The notes under the pieces: generated by a model | Databases searched by the model: none | Told to the model about the DNA's origin: nothing | Seen by the model: only the letters and a program-made list of their open reading frames with translations | Virus record (IMG/VR): IMGVR_UViG_3300023184_000034 | Location: 97,030 to 161,029 of that record | Strand: one strand, 5' to 3' | From: a virus | Length of the DNA stretch: 64,000 nucleotides | Position numbers and translations under genes: made by a program | Shown: one piece after another, positions 1 to 8,877 of the stretch | Layout: each line of letters opens with the position of its first letter | Numbering within the stretch: the stretch's first letter is position 1

Positions 1-198
1 TAACCTGTTAAGGTTAGGCATACCAAATGTGCCTTCAAAGTCCTCTACTGGTGCTTTGGCTTTTGCTGTTAAGATAACGCTACGGTCTTCAGCCATTGAT
101 TCGATCACCGCTTCTTTTTCTGTTGCACTAATTTTAACCAACGGCAAAAAGCCCAAGTTATGTGTATGTGCCACTAGGTCTTGTAAAAAGTCTTTCAT
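1..198 (-). CDS. Sliding clamp / processivity factor (gp45-like), N-terminal part; runs off the window
   Basis: Not in the ORF track. Manual translation from ATG 198: MKDFLQDLVAHTHNLGFLPLVKISATEKEAVIESMAEDRSVILTAKAKAPVEDFEGTFGMPNLNRL. Preceded by GGAG SD and a sigma70 promoter, close to PolB. Family assignment is from recollection of jumbo-phage clamps. Confidence 0.6.
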   Translation of the reverse strand, partial: MKDFLQDLVAHTHNLGFLPLVKISATEKEAVIESMAEDRSVILTAKAKAPVEDFEGTFGMPNLNRL

Positions 199-216
199 AT
201 TATTCTCCATCTTTGT

Positions 217-245
217 AGTATATAGGTTTTGTGTGACTATGTCAA
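217..245 (-). promoter_or_regulatory. sigma70-type promoter TTGACA-17-TATACT
   Basis: Reverse complement reads TTGACA tagtcacacaaaaccta TATACT upstream of ATG 198. Confidence 0.85.
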
Positions 246-1016
246 TTATTTTCTAACTCTTTTATTATATTTTATTGCCGATTCTAAAATACTTACTGAT
301 GTACTCAGTCGGTCGGAATACCATACAAACGCATTTGTGTCTTTGGAAAAACAAGATCCTCCAAAACCACGAAGCCCATCTGGACCAGGCACTTGCATGT
401 GACTTGATCCAATCCTGTTGTCAAGTTTAAGTAAACTGATCACAGTATCAAAATCAACGTTATTAGCAATACACATATCATGCAATTGATTAAAAAATGC
501 CACTTTGACACTTAGAAAACAATTGGTTGCATATTTGACCATGCTGGCTTCTGCAACAGTACAGTGGAAAGATGATTTGAGTTTTGGCAATGACTCAAAA
601 AAGAGATCTCGCCACATAACTGTATCAATATTTTCTCCACCCAGTATCATGTATGTTTGATTTTTAAAGTCTTCATCTGCAGTAGAGGCTCTTAAAAATT
701 CTGGACTATAGCAAATACCATGTTTGGGATAAGATGCCATTAGCTTATTTAGGTAATCTGGTACAATTGTGCATTTAATCAACACTGGCATTGTTTCAGG
801 AATAGTATCCATCACACTGTGTACTTGACTAACATCGCAATCACCCAGTATAGTTGCAGGAGTTCCCACGCAAATAATTACGCCATCTGCATTTTTATAA
901 TCGGACACTATACTATTGTTGATCTGTGGATCAACGATGTGTATAAAATTTTTATCTTTAATAGCGTTGGTAACAGCCTTGCCAACAAATCCATACCCTG
1001 CAATTATAATTTTCAT
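246..1016 (-). CDS. UDP-glucose/GDP-mannose dehydrogenase family protein (short form lacking the C-terminal UDP-binding domain)
   Basis: GYGFVG Rossmann motif, CVGTP, YSPEFLR, KYATN, GFGGSCFSKD catalytic Cys motif; 256 aa. Confidence 0.85.
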   Translation of the reverse strand: MKIIIAGYGFVGKAVTNAIKDKNFIHIVDPQINNSIVSDYKNADGVIICVGTPATILGDCDVSQVHSVMDTIPETMPVLIKCTIVPDYLNKLMASYPKHGICYSPEFLRASTADEDFKNQTYMILGGENIDTVMWRDLFFESLPKLKSSFHCTVAEASMVKYATNCFLSVKVAFFNQLHDMCIANNVDFDTVISLLKLDNRIGSSHMQVPGPDGLRGFGGSCFSKDTNAFVWYSDRLSTSVSILESAIKYNKRVRK

Positions 1017-1017
1017 A

Positions 1018-3687
1018 TTAAAACTCGAATAAACTGTTAAATGTATTTTTTTCTTCTGTGCTGTTGATATCCCAATTCAACACACCGATCAAGTTGTCTA
1101 ATTTGTTATCAATAATTGTTTGTTCCATTTCCGCATGGTCAAACGGAAGATCTTTAAACCATTGTGGCAATCTCAGTTCATCAACTGGATATGCAACTGA
1201 CGTGAACTCTAACGGATTGGGTTTGAGTTTACACACAATAACCTTGGCACCGTCGGTTATGTTCATTGAGTATTTGTCGTTGTACATGCGTTTGAGCGTG
1301 TTCCAATTAATACTGGCTCTAACATGACCGGGCATATTGGCCTTGCCAGCTTTCTTTTCCTTTGCTTGATAGTCTGTGATGTTGTTGGCACGTTTGGGGC
1401 TTCCTTTTTCCCAACCAGGTCTAGCTTTGAATCGAATACGAAATTCGCTGATATGATCCAACACTTGTTGTTCTGGTTTACCCATGAGAACCATTTCAAG
1501 AACATCACTTAAAAAGTTTTGAATAAATTCTGGAGTATCACTGCGTTTGAGATCCAATCCCATGGCCTTGATCTTGCCAGCTTTGCCATCTGTGTCCGTG
1601 CGTTTGCCTTCTTTGTCATAGTACAACACTGCGTAACGCTTCTTGGTAATAAACAAACTTTTACTACCAACAATCTCACGACCTGCTTTGATAACTTCGC
1701 CGCGAGATTTGGGACAATGGAATGTGTCCAACATAAACTGTGGAAATGTGGTATTGACTTCTTCTGCTATTTGGTCGTATAAACCAATCACAGTTTCTCT
1801 AGTCCAAGGAATAGCACCTTTATCAATGTCCTTTTGCAATGTTTTGTAAGCACTGAAATAACACGAGTCTGTATCACCGTAAATAATGGCCTTGCCTCTG
1901 TGGTCATACTCACCTGTGATAATCTCATTTACCTTTGATGCCATGTGTTTGACAATTTGTCGACCACTCAATGTGGTTGATTGCCCGATACGCTTGTCAA
2001 AAAACCTACAACCGTTGTTGAGAATAGCACCATACAGACTGTTAAGATTAATCTTCTTGACCAGTTGACGCTTGTCCCAGTATTCTTCTTCAACTTTGTT
2101 ACCACTTTTAATACATTCTTTCAGTTTGGCCTGCATCTCTTTACGTTCACTGTACCAACGTTTTAACAAGCCTGGAATGATACCTTCTTTTTCGTAAGTG
2201 AAGATTGTGCCGTTGGCACTGAGCATCCACGGCTGATTACTTTCAAATATTAATCTGTATACTTCTGCAGCACTTAACACATCGCTGGACTTGTCTTCCC
2301 AGTCGATGGTGATGTCAGTACCTATTTCTTGTGACATAACAGCTTCAAACTCGTCACAACCAAACTTGCCTTCCCAAGCAGCCGCAAACGATTTGCCTTT
2401 GGCCAGCTGTAATTCAATGAATTCTTCTGTGCGTGTTTGACGCAGTTGTCCAATGATGGTTTCCGGACCCATATTGAGTGCTCTAATTGCACTGGGATAT
2501 AGGCTGTTGATGTCCAATGACCCAACCCAGTCCTGTATACCTTCTTTGGGCACAGCAACATACGCACCTGCGGCCGCAGTATTTTCTTCACGGTCGTCTT
2601 TCTTAACGCGATTAGGCACTTGAAACCCACGACGATGTGCTTCGTTAATGATGGCCTGTTCAGTAACAGCCACAGCACCCATTGTGGTCTGTAGCAACAC
2701 TGTGTTTTCATGTGCCAGTGTGTTGGCTAGATCCAAAAACTTCAGTTTCTTGTCTAGTCTGTCCAACAGTGATGTATCTTGTCTGTTGTATTCAATAAAC
2801 GTTTTAAAATCATTGTTGTACAACTGATCCAGTGTGCCTTCGTACTGTGTTTTACGTTCGCCCAGTTCGTATTCAGCAATGGCATCCAGTCTGTATGTGT
2901 GACGTTCTTCATACGTGTATTTGCGATACAGTTCAAGACTGTCCAAGTGTACACGACCAATAAAGTCATATGTAACTGATTGACGTCCAAACTTTTCGTA
3001 TTCTCTGCGTTTGGGAAACTGATCAAACAAACAAAAGCGACGAGTGTCATCTTTGCTCAACACCTTGGTCACACGGTTAACAGTGTATGGAATATCATAA
3101 CCTTCACTGTTCCAACCAGTCAGTATGTCAGCATCTTGAATTAGATCTAAAAATGCATCCAACATTTCACCTTCTGTTTTAAACAGCACAGTGTTGGGGA
3201 ATTCCTTAATTTCTTCTTGTGCTTGTTCCCAAGTCAATGTCTTGGGAGGCACAGCAAAACAAATTAATGTTTCCAACCATTGTAGGTGAACAGCAATTGA
3301 GGTAATGGGCATGAACGCATCATCTGGTGTGCTGTAGCCACGTTCTGGATCAAAGTCCACTTCGATGTCAAAAAACGCCACATTGAGTTTTGGAGGATCT
3401 TGATTTAAATAATGTTCACTAAGTGTAACAAAGATTGGATTAATGTCGCTTTCAAACAGTTCTTTACTGCTGTTGATAGCTTGTTCTTTGCGTAGTTCTT
3501 TGGTGTTCTTACAGACAATGCGTGTTAATGCATCTCCGTAGATTGATTGATGTTTGCCCTTGGGGTCTTTTACATAAAAAGTATGTTTGACAGGAATGTC
3601 TCGGAACTCACGTTCACCTTTCTTGTTGCGTTCAACCACTCGAATAACATCATTCTCGCGATCAAACCATGCATCCACATAGCTCAT
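1018..3687 (-). CDS. Family B DNA polymerase (gp43-like)
   Basis: Exo I DIE, DINSLYP, KKINLNSLYG, YGDTDS, KKRY; C-terminal clamp-binding-like NSLFEF. Start reassigned to ATG 3687 behind SD AAGGAGA. Confidence 0.97.
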   Translation of the reverse strand: MSYVDAWFDRENDVIRVVERNKKGEREFRDIPVKHTFYVKDPKGKHQSIYGDALTRIVCKNTKELRKEQAINSSKELFESDINPIFVTLSEHYLNQDPPKLNVAFFDIEVDFDPERGYSTPDDAFMPITSIAVHLQWLETLICFAVPPKTLTWEQAQEEIKEFPNTVLFKTEGEMLDAFLDLIQDADILTGWNSEGYDIPYTVNRVTKVLSKDDTRRFCLFDQFPKRREYEKFGRQSVTYDFIGRVHLDSLELYRKYTYEERHTYRLDAIAEYELGERKTQYEGTLDQLYNNDFKTFIEYNRQDTSLLDRLDKKLKFLDLANTLAHENTVLLQTTMGAVAVTEQAIINEAHRRGFQVPNRVKKDDREENTAAAGAYVAVPKEGIQDWVGSLDINSLYPSAIRALNMGPETIIGQLRQTRTEEFIELQLAKGKSFAAAWEGKFGCDEFEAVMSQEIGTDITIDWEDKSSDVLSAAEVYRLIFESNQPWMLSANGTIFTYEKEGIIPGLLKRWYSERKEMQAKLKECIKSGNKVEEEYWDKRQLVKKINLNSLYGAILNNGCRFFDKRIGQSTTLSGRQIVKHMASKVNEIITGEYDHRGKAIIYGDTDSCYFSAYKTLQKDIDKGAIPWTRETVIGLYDQIAEEVNTTFPQFMLDTFHCPKSRGEVIKAGREIVGSKSLFITKKRYAVLYYDKEGKRTDTDGKAGKIKAMGLDLKRSDTPEFIQNFLSDVLEMVLMGKPEQQVLDHISEFRIRFKARPGWEKGSPKRANNITDYQAKEKKAGKANMPGHVRASINWNTLKRMYNDKYSMNITDGAKVIVCKLKPNPLEFTSVAYPVDELRLPQWFKDLPFDHAEMEQTIIDNKLDNLIGVLNWDINSTEEKNTFNSLFEF

Positions 3688-3698
3688 AATTCTCCTTA

Positions 3699-3744
3699 TG
3701 TCATTTAGGGCTGACAAACACCTTACATGCGGTTTATGGCCCGC
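3699..3744 (-). promoter_or_regulatory. Tandem hairpins (GCCnUAAA loops) directly 5' of the polymerase SD; putative translational operator
   Basis: GCGG-GCCAUAAA-CCGC and UGUCA-GCCCUAAA-UGACA, then UAAGGAGA. Confidence 0.55.
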
Positions 3745-3766
3745 TGACCCTTGCTAGCAATACTTA

Positions 3767-4024
3767 TTAGATACGCTTGGTGATATCCAAAATTGCTTCA
3801 ATCTCTTCCCAATCTGCATTATGCGCACTCCAATCACCCTTGTGAGCAATTTTGATAGCTTTGTTAATGACACTGGGTTTTACTTGTAATTCTTCAGCAA
3901 CTGCTTTGACTGTTTCTTTCAAACCTTCTGATAGATCTTCAATTTCACGCAGCACTGTGCTGCCTTCTGAAATCAAACGCTCTAATTTTGCCTTTTCTTC
4001 TGGACCATATGAACGACCTGACAT
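3767..4024 (-). CDS. Small dsDNA-binding protein (T4 DsbA/GapR-like)
   Basis: 85 aa coiled-coil followed by 'LKETVKAVAEELQVKPSVINKAIKIAHK'; SD AGGAG; upstream of PolB. Confidence 0.6.
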   Translation of the reverse strand: MSGRSYGPEEKAKLERLISEGSTVLREIEDLSEGLKETVKAVAEELQVKPSVINKAIKIAHKGDWSAHNADWEEIEAILDITKRI

Positions 4025-4047
4025 GCTGTCTCCTAATGTATATGCCT

Positions 4048-4076
4048 ATTATACTTTACTTATCCAGCTAATGCAA
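4048..4076 (-). promoter_or_regulatory. sigma70-type promoter TTGCAT-17-TATAAT
   Basis: TTGCAT tagctggataagtaaag TATAAT; the spacer holds a TAAGTA late-like box. Confidence 0.8.
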
Positions 4077-4098
4077 GCGGTTAGATATTTTAGAGGTG

Positions 4099-4125
4099 AA
4101 AATGGCAGAATAAATCTGCCATTTT
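4099..4125 (-). terminator. Intrinsic terminator
   Basis: AAAATGGCAGA-ataaa-TCTGCCATTTT inverted repeat just after the 985-aa gene stop. Confidence 0.8.
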
Positions 4126-4130
4126 ATTGA

Positions 4131-7088
4131 TTAACCGCGGGCTATTCTCAACCAGCGAGCCAATTCGTTATCGCTTTCTGTAACAGGTTCGAATTGTTTT
4201 GTTGCTGGATTTTGTTTATACTCTTTACCAGACACATCTCGATTTACACCCTTGCTGTCTTTATATAGATCTCCGGGTTTAACACTTGCGGACTTGGGCT
4301 GCGCGGCAATACCACCTGCCTTCTTCTCGCTTGCCGTTGCAATAGCTGCAGCTTCCGCTTGTTTTCTTTTTTCAGCTTTATCTAAAACAGCTTGTGCAGC
4401 CATTGTTGAGTTGAGCCAATCTTTATCGTCGCCCCAATCGTTACGCATCAGCTCGCGGATTTTTTTGATTAAGTCTTTTTGTTCTGGAGTTAATTCGCTT
4501 GTGGTGGTATTAGTCGGTGATGCCGCAACATCTGAACCCGTTGTTGTTGGCTCGTGTGCTGGATCAGTTGCTGGCCCGTTTGCTGTATCAGGTTTTCTCT
4601 CATCGTCAAAACCTCCCAATGCTGCCACTGTTCCTGCACCAATTGCTGCAGCTCCGGCCAAGCCCAATGCAGCAGCCAGCTTGGGATTAGCCTTTATCCA
4701 ACCTGTTAATCTACCGGATCGTTTGGCGGCCCGGGCTTCTGCAGATGCAGCAGCTCTTTCGGCAGCACTGAGTTCCTTACCAGCAACACCTGCAACATCG
4801 TCTGCAGATTTGGATAAGGCCGCACCAGCGCCTCGCACAGCATCGTCTGCAGCATTGGCACCTGCCTTGGCACCTGCACCTACAACATCGTCTGCAGATT
4901 TGGATAAGGCCGCACCAGCGCCTCGCACAGCATCGTCTGCAGCATTGGCAACATTATCGCTGCCTCTGACCACGGCGTTCATTGTGCCACCTAATTCTTT
5001 ACTTGCGGCCCTGCCCGCATTCACCGCGTCATTTGCAGCGGCCTGCGCTCTAGCAGCCGCAATGCTGCCACCACCTAATTCTCCAGGCTTTGTGATTGCA
5101 TTGCCGGCGAGGTCTTTGGTTACAGCAGGTGCCTTTGGTAATTCAGCTCTTGCTGCATTGGCGTTGTTGGCGGTGCGTGTATAAACGGTACCAGCAGGAG
5201 TACTAGCTGGTGGCTTTGTAGCAACTTGCGCTGCTTTCTTTTCACCTGCGCCAAACAGTTTTCCAGCTGCACCTTTAATGGCGTCATATCCTTTGCCTAG
5301 ATATTTTGCACCGTAATCAAATTCTGCTAAAAATTTTGGATCCCATTGAATATTTTCAAGCAATTCGTCATCTGTAATCAACACGCCGTTGTCATCGATA
5401 ACAGTATTGTCAGGTCTTAACCACACACGATACACTGTATCTTCTTCCAAACTCCATTGACCACTTTCAATCATGGCCAATTTTTGTTGCATTGATCTGA
5501 TATCTTCTGCCACTGTGTGTACACGATTTTCTGCAATGCCTGCTTTGGACATTGTGGCTGGATCTGCTTTGCCTGTAACAGGTAGTCCTTGAGCTTTCTG
5601 ATAAGCCATTAGAGCTTTTGCAGTGTTTGGACCCATCTTTCCATCAATTTGAGCACCAACTAAACCAATTGCTTGTTGCAATGCTCCAATACGTTTGTCT
5701 CCGCCTGGCCCAACAAATGTATTAATATCGGATTTTTGAGCAGCAAGGTTGGCACCCACTATTCCTGCTACTTTTGCACCACCTTGCGCAAGTTTACCCG
5801 TTGCCCCAATAGTTTTTGCTGCACCCATTGCAGCTCGACCAGCAAGCGCACCAGGAACTGGCACAGCCAATGAACCTGCCACATTGCCAGCACCATACAA
5901 CCATGGACTACGTGTTTCTGCTTCTTTGCTTGCTGCGGCCTGTTGCGCCAATTCGTCTTTGTATGTGCCAGGACCAAATGCACTCTTGACACCAGCAGCA
6001 ATGTTGTCTCCTGCGCCCAGTGTCACACCATTCCACATACCACGACCAAAATCGCCTGCATCTTTACCAAACTGGCTCATGCTGTATTCATCCAATTGGT
6101 CATCTTGAAATTCGTAACCAAGACTTTCAGTCAGTGATCGAGCAATACTTGAATTGTATTGGATGCCTTCTTGTAAAGCATTCACTCCCATTGCGCCAGC
6201 GGCGCCGCCTGTGAGTCCAGCAAGGCCTTGACCTACCACACCAGCTCCCGCTCTTCTAGCCAATTTCCACGCAGCCAATGCACCAGCAGCTCCGCCAGCG
6301 CCAATACCAACTTTCTGTGCTGTGGTTTTTTCTGGGCTTTGTAGTGGTTTAACGAAAGGACCAGTATTTGGACTTGGCGCAGGAATTGGTTGTGGAGCAA
6401 CATCTCCACCCAGTGATGCATCCAATCGTGCAACCAATGCATTTAATTGTGCAACATCTTGTCCGGAACCTGTGTCTTGTCCAGGCAATCGTGGTCGAGT
6501 TGTTGTTCCTGGTGGAATTCTTGTTGATGGGTTTACTACTTCTCCAGCATTAGGGTCAACAGTTCCAATAGGTAGTGGTGAGTTTACCGGACCGGTAACC
6601 GGACCGGGTGGTTTAACAGCAGGCTCAGTAGTAACAGCAGATGGAAGTTTACCCTGTTGTAATAATTTTACTTGATCTAATGGAACTGAAGCATTTCCAG
6701 CACCGTAACTTGTAAATTTATTCCAGCCGCTGCCTGTTGCTGCCGCTGACGGAACAATACTTACGCCTGCACTGTCTAATAACTGTTTAATATCTTTGTG
6801 TAAATTGGTTATCTGATCCATTCGCACAGGCTCGGGTCTAGGCGTCTCACCACCATATGGAGTTGACCAAAATATAATACCATTTTTTGGATCAATGGTG
6901 TGCCCTGCACCTCTGGCACTTGGATCTTCTTGACCTTTAATCATTGCTTGAATTTTTTGAGCCAATGCTGATTTGGCTTTTACATCTTCTTGTTTTTTTA
7001 TATACGCAGCAAATCTAGCTTCTTCATCACCACTTGCGTCTGCTTCTGCAATAGTGTCCAGCTTGTTCATTAGGTCTCTTAAGTTCAT
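4131..7088 (-). CDS. Large Gly/Ala-rich putative internal virion/ejection protein with a peptidoglycan-binding domain
   Basis: PG_binding_1-like segment ALQQAIG..IDGKMGPNTAKALMAYQKAQGLPVTG (about 5545-5705), glycine-zipper hydrophobic helices, many (I/L/V)xE sites; TAAATA at 7110-7115. Confidence 0.6.
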   Translation of the reverse strand: MNLRDLMNKLDTIAEADASGDEEARFAAYIKKQEDVKAKSALAQKIQAMIKGQEDPSARGAGHTIDPKNGIIFWSTPYGGETPRPEPVRMDQITNLHKDIKQLLDSAGVSIVPSAAATGSGWNKFTSYGAGNASVPLDQVKLLQQGKLPSAVTTEPAVKPPGPVTGPVNSPLPIGTVDPNAGEVVNPSTRIPPGTTTRPRLPGQDTGSGQDVAQLNALVARLDASLGGDVAPQPIPAPSPNTGPFVKPLQSPEKTTAQKVGIGAGGAAGALAAWKLARRAGAGVVGQGLAGLTGGAAGAMGVNALQEGIQYNSSIARSLTESLGYEFQDDQLDEYSMSQFGKDAGDFGRGMWNGVTLGAGDNIAAGVKSAFGPGTYKDELAQQAAASKEAETRSPWLYGAGNVAGSLAVPVPGALAGRAAMGAAKTIGATGKLAQGGAKVAGIVGANLAAQKSDINTFVGPGGDKRIGALQQAIGLVGAQIDGKMGPNTAKALMAYQKAQGLPVTGKADPATMSKAGIAENRVHTVAEDIRSMQQKLAMIESGQWSLEEDTVYRVWLRPDNTVIDDNGVLITDDELLENIQWDPKFLAEFDYGAKYLGKGYDAIKGAAGKLFGAGEKKAAQVATKPPASTPAGTVYTRTANNANAARAELPKAPAVTKDLAGNAITKPGELGGGSIAAARAQAAANDAVNAGRAASKELGGTMNAVVRGSDNVANAADDAVRGAGAALSKSADDVVGAGAKAGANAADDAVRGAGAALSKSADDVAGVAGKELSAAERAAASAEARAAKRSGRLTGWIKANPKLAAALGLAGAAAIGAGTVAALGGFDDERKPDTANGPATDPAHEPTTTGSDVAASPTNTTTSELTPEQKDLIKKIRELMRNDWGDDKDWLNSTMAAQAVLDKAEKRKQAEAAAIATASEKKAGGIAAQPKSASVKPGDLYKDSKGVNRDVSGKEYKQNPATKQFEPVTESDNELARWLRIARG
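4793..4950. repeat. Exact 68-bp direct repeat (two copies, period 90 bp), in frame
   Basis: 4793-4860 equals 4883-4950; encodes ANAADDAVRGAGAALSKSADDV. Confidence 0.95.
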
Positions 7089-7112
7089 TGTGTTCCCCGA
7101 ATTAATATGTAT

Positions 7113-8873
7113 TTATTTCACAGAGCATTTGGGAACAGACATTCCGTTCTTGGTTTGCATACCTGTTTGTGTTTGCCCAGTTCGACAAACACTTGTTTTT
7201 GTTCTGGGTTTGATTGTTTTGGGCCTGGTTGATTTAACCGGCTGCAACATCTCTTCTTTTGTTAGTCTGGCCAGTTTGTTGGCTTCTTTGATTGGATTTT
7301 TTTCTTGAGATTGTTTCTCTTGTTTTTCTTTCCATTCTTTTTCAAATTCTGCTTTGGCTTGTCTAGCACGTTCAGCACTGGCTGTTGATTTGGCCTGCTC
7401 ACGATCCCACGCACGGCTCAGTTTCACCTGTGCAGACATGCCTTCGTTGGGCATGATACCAGGCGCACCTGCTCCTGGTTTGAATCCCATGCTGTGTCCG
7501 GGAATTTCATTCTCTGCTACACTTTTCTTTTTCTTCTTGGCAATAGCAATGGCAGCTTGTTGTGCAGGATTGGCCGCTTCTTTCATCATCACACGTTCAG
7601 CAATCACAGTGGCATATTGATTGATCAAGTTGCGTTTTTGTACATGTTGTTCTGCAATCTCAGATTCCACTTGGTGAAAGTACTTGCCCAAGATGTTTTC
7701 ACGTTCAATTGGTTCAAATACATGTGGTGTTTCTTCTTGGGGTGTTTGATAGTGTTGCATGGCCATTTGTACTGGCAGTGTGACTTTGTGTGGACTTTTG
7801 CCTTCTTTTAAAATACCAACATTATTCTTATTTACAATAGATAAAAACTTATTTAGATTGTTTTCCTGTACAGGAACAGTCTGTTGTGCTTTTTGTTTTT
7901 GTAATTCTGCTTGTGCTGGAGTCATTCTTAGTTTTTGATCATATTTCCAACCAGGAGTAAATATTCCGTCAGGTTGTTGCATGAATCTAGCGTTAGCTTG
8001 TTTTTCAAATTCTTTATGTTGAGCACGATTAAATTCCGCGTCTGGGGATTTGTCATCGATGTTTGATAGACCAATTGATTGATCAATTGCATATTCTTTA
8101 CCTTCTGGGGTTCCTAACATACGTTGAATTAGTTCCCAGTCATCTTTAACAAATGCAGGTTGTTTAAAATTAGGATCAGCTTGTCTTGCTTGATAGTAAG
8201 AACCACTTAATGCCATCATCAAATCAGCAAAGTCACTACCACCTTTCCATGCACCGATGCGTGTTGGGTCTGACGTAGAAGGATGTGCCCCATCAATAAT
8301 GTCTGCAGGATGTTTGTAATTCTTTTTAAAGAAATCAATACTTGGTACTTGATATTTTGCTGGATCAACTTGTGGCGTAGTAGGTGCTGCTGTAGCAGGC
8401 GCTGCAGGTTGATTTATTTCAGCTTCTTTAACAATTTGAAGTAAATTTCTCATCCCAACATCTTCTAAATATTTTTTAGCAAGCTCTGCGTGTGGCGTTC
8501 CGCCTGCTACTAAATCGGCATGCTCTTTTTGTCTTGCCTGTTCCCACGCTTGTAAGTTAGGTCCTGCTAGTTTTTCAGCAGCCGCTTTTAGCTTATCAAT
8601 CTCGGTCCTAGCGTCTGCACTAACACCGACCTCGACTGGAACAAGATTGCCGGAGCCCGTTGCTTCTTTTTCTAGGAAATCATACTTCCCCATTAGTTCT
8701 TGATACCTTTCCCAGTTAGGATTCGAGTAGTTAGGACCAGTTGGATCTGCTTGGGGTGGTTGATTTAACTCAGCTTCTTGAACCACTTGAAGAAATTTCC
8801 TCATACTGTTGGCATCAACTGCTGGGTTAGCAGCCACACTGTCCAACTTCTGAAGTAATTTCGCCATGTCCAT
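7113..8873 (-). CDS. Putative internal head protein
   Basis: 586 aa; repeated amphipathic motif ending in E (RKFLQVVQE/AE, RNLLQIVKE/AE, GILKE/G). Confidence 0.5.
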   Translation of the reverse strand: MDMAKLLQKLDSVAANPAVDANSMRKFLQVVQEAELNQPPQADPTGPNYSNPNWERYQELMGKYDFLEKEATGSGNLVPVEVGVSADARTEIDKLKAAAEKLAGPNLQAWEQARQKEHADLVAGGTPHAELAKKYLEDVGMRNLLQIVKEAEINQPAAPATAAPTTPQVDPAKYQVPSIDFFKKNYKHPADIIDGAHPSTSDPTRIGAWKGGSDFADLMMALSGSYYQARQADPNFKQPAFVKDDWELIQRMLGTPEGKEYAIDQSIGLSNIDDKSPDAEFNRAQHKEFEKQANARFMQQPDGIFTPGWKYDQKLRMTPAQAELQKQKAQQTVPVQENNLNKFLSIVNKNNVGILKEGKSPHKVTLPVQMAMQHYQTPQEETPHVFEPIERENILGKYFHQVESEIAEQHVQKRNLINQYATVIAERVMMKEAANPAQQAAIAIAKKKKKSVAENEIPGHSMGFKPGAGAPGIMPNEGMSAQVKLSRAWDREQAKSTASAERARQAKAEFEKEWKEKQEKQSQEKNPIKEANKLARLTKEEMLQPVKSTRPKTIKPRTKTSVCRTGQTQTGMQTKNGMSVPKCSVK

Positions 8874-8877
8874 GTTG

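Noticed and set aside
1018-3717. Intein, intron or extended TTG start in PolB
   Set aside because: Motifs are contiguous with normal length; the SD supports ATG 3687
3751-3760. 10-bp palindrome TTGCTAGCAA
   Set aside because: Single short occurrence, expected by chance in 64 kb
4252-5184. 310-aa plus-strand ORF, and others such as 57547..58359
   Set aside because: Antisense shadows of real genes; no SD or recognisable motifs
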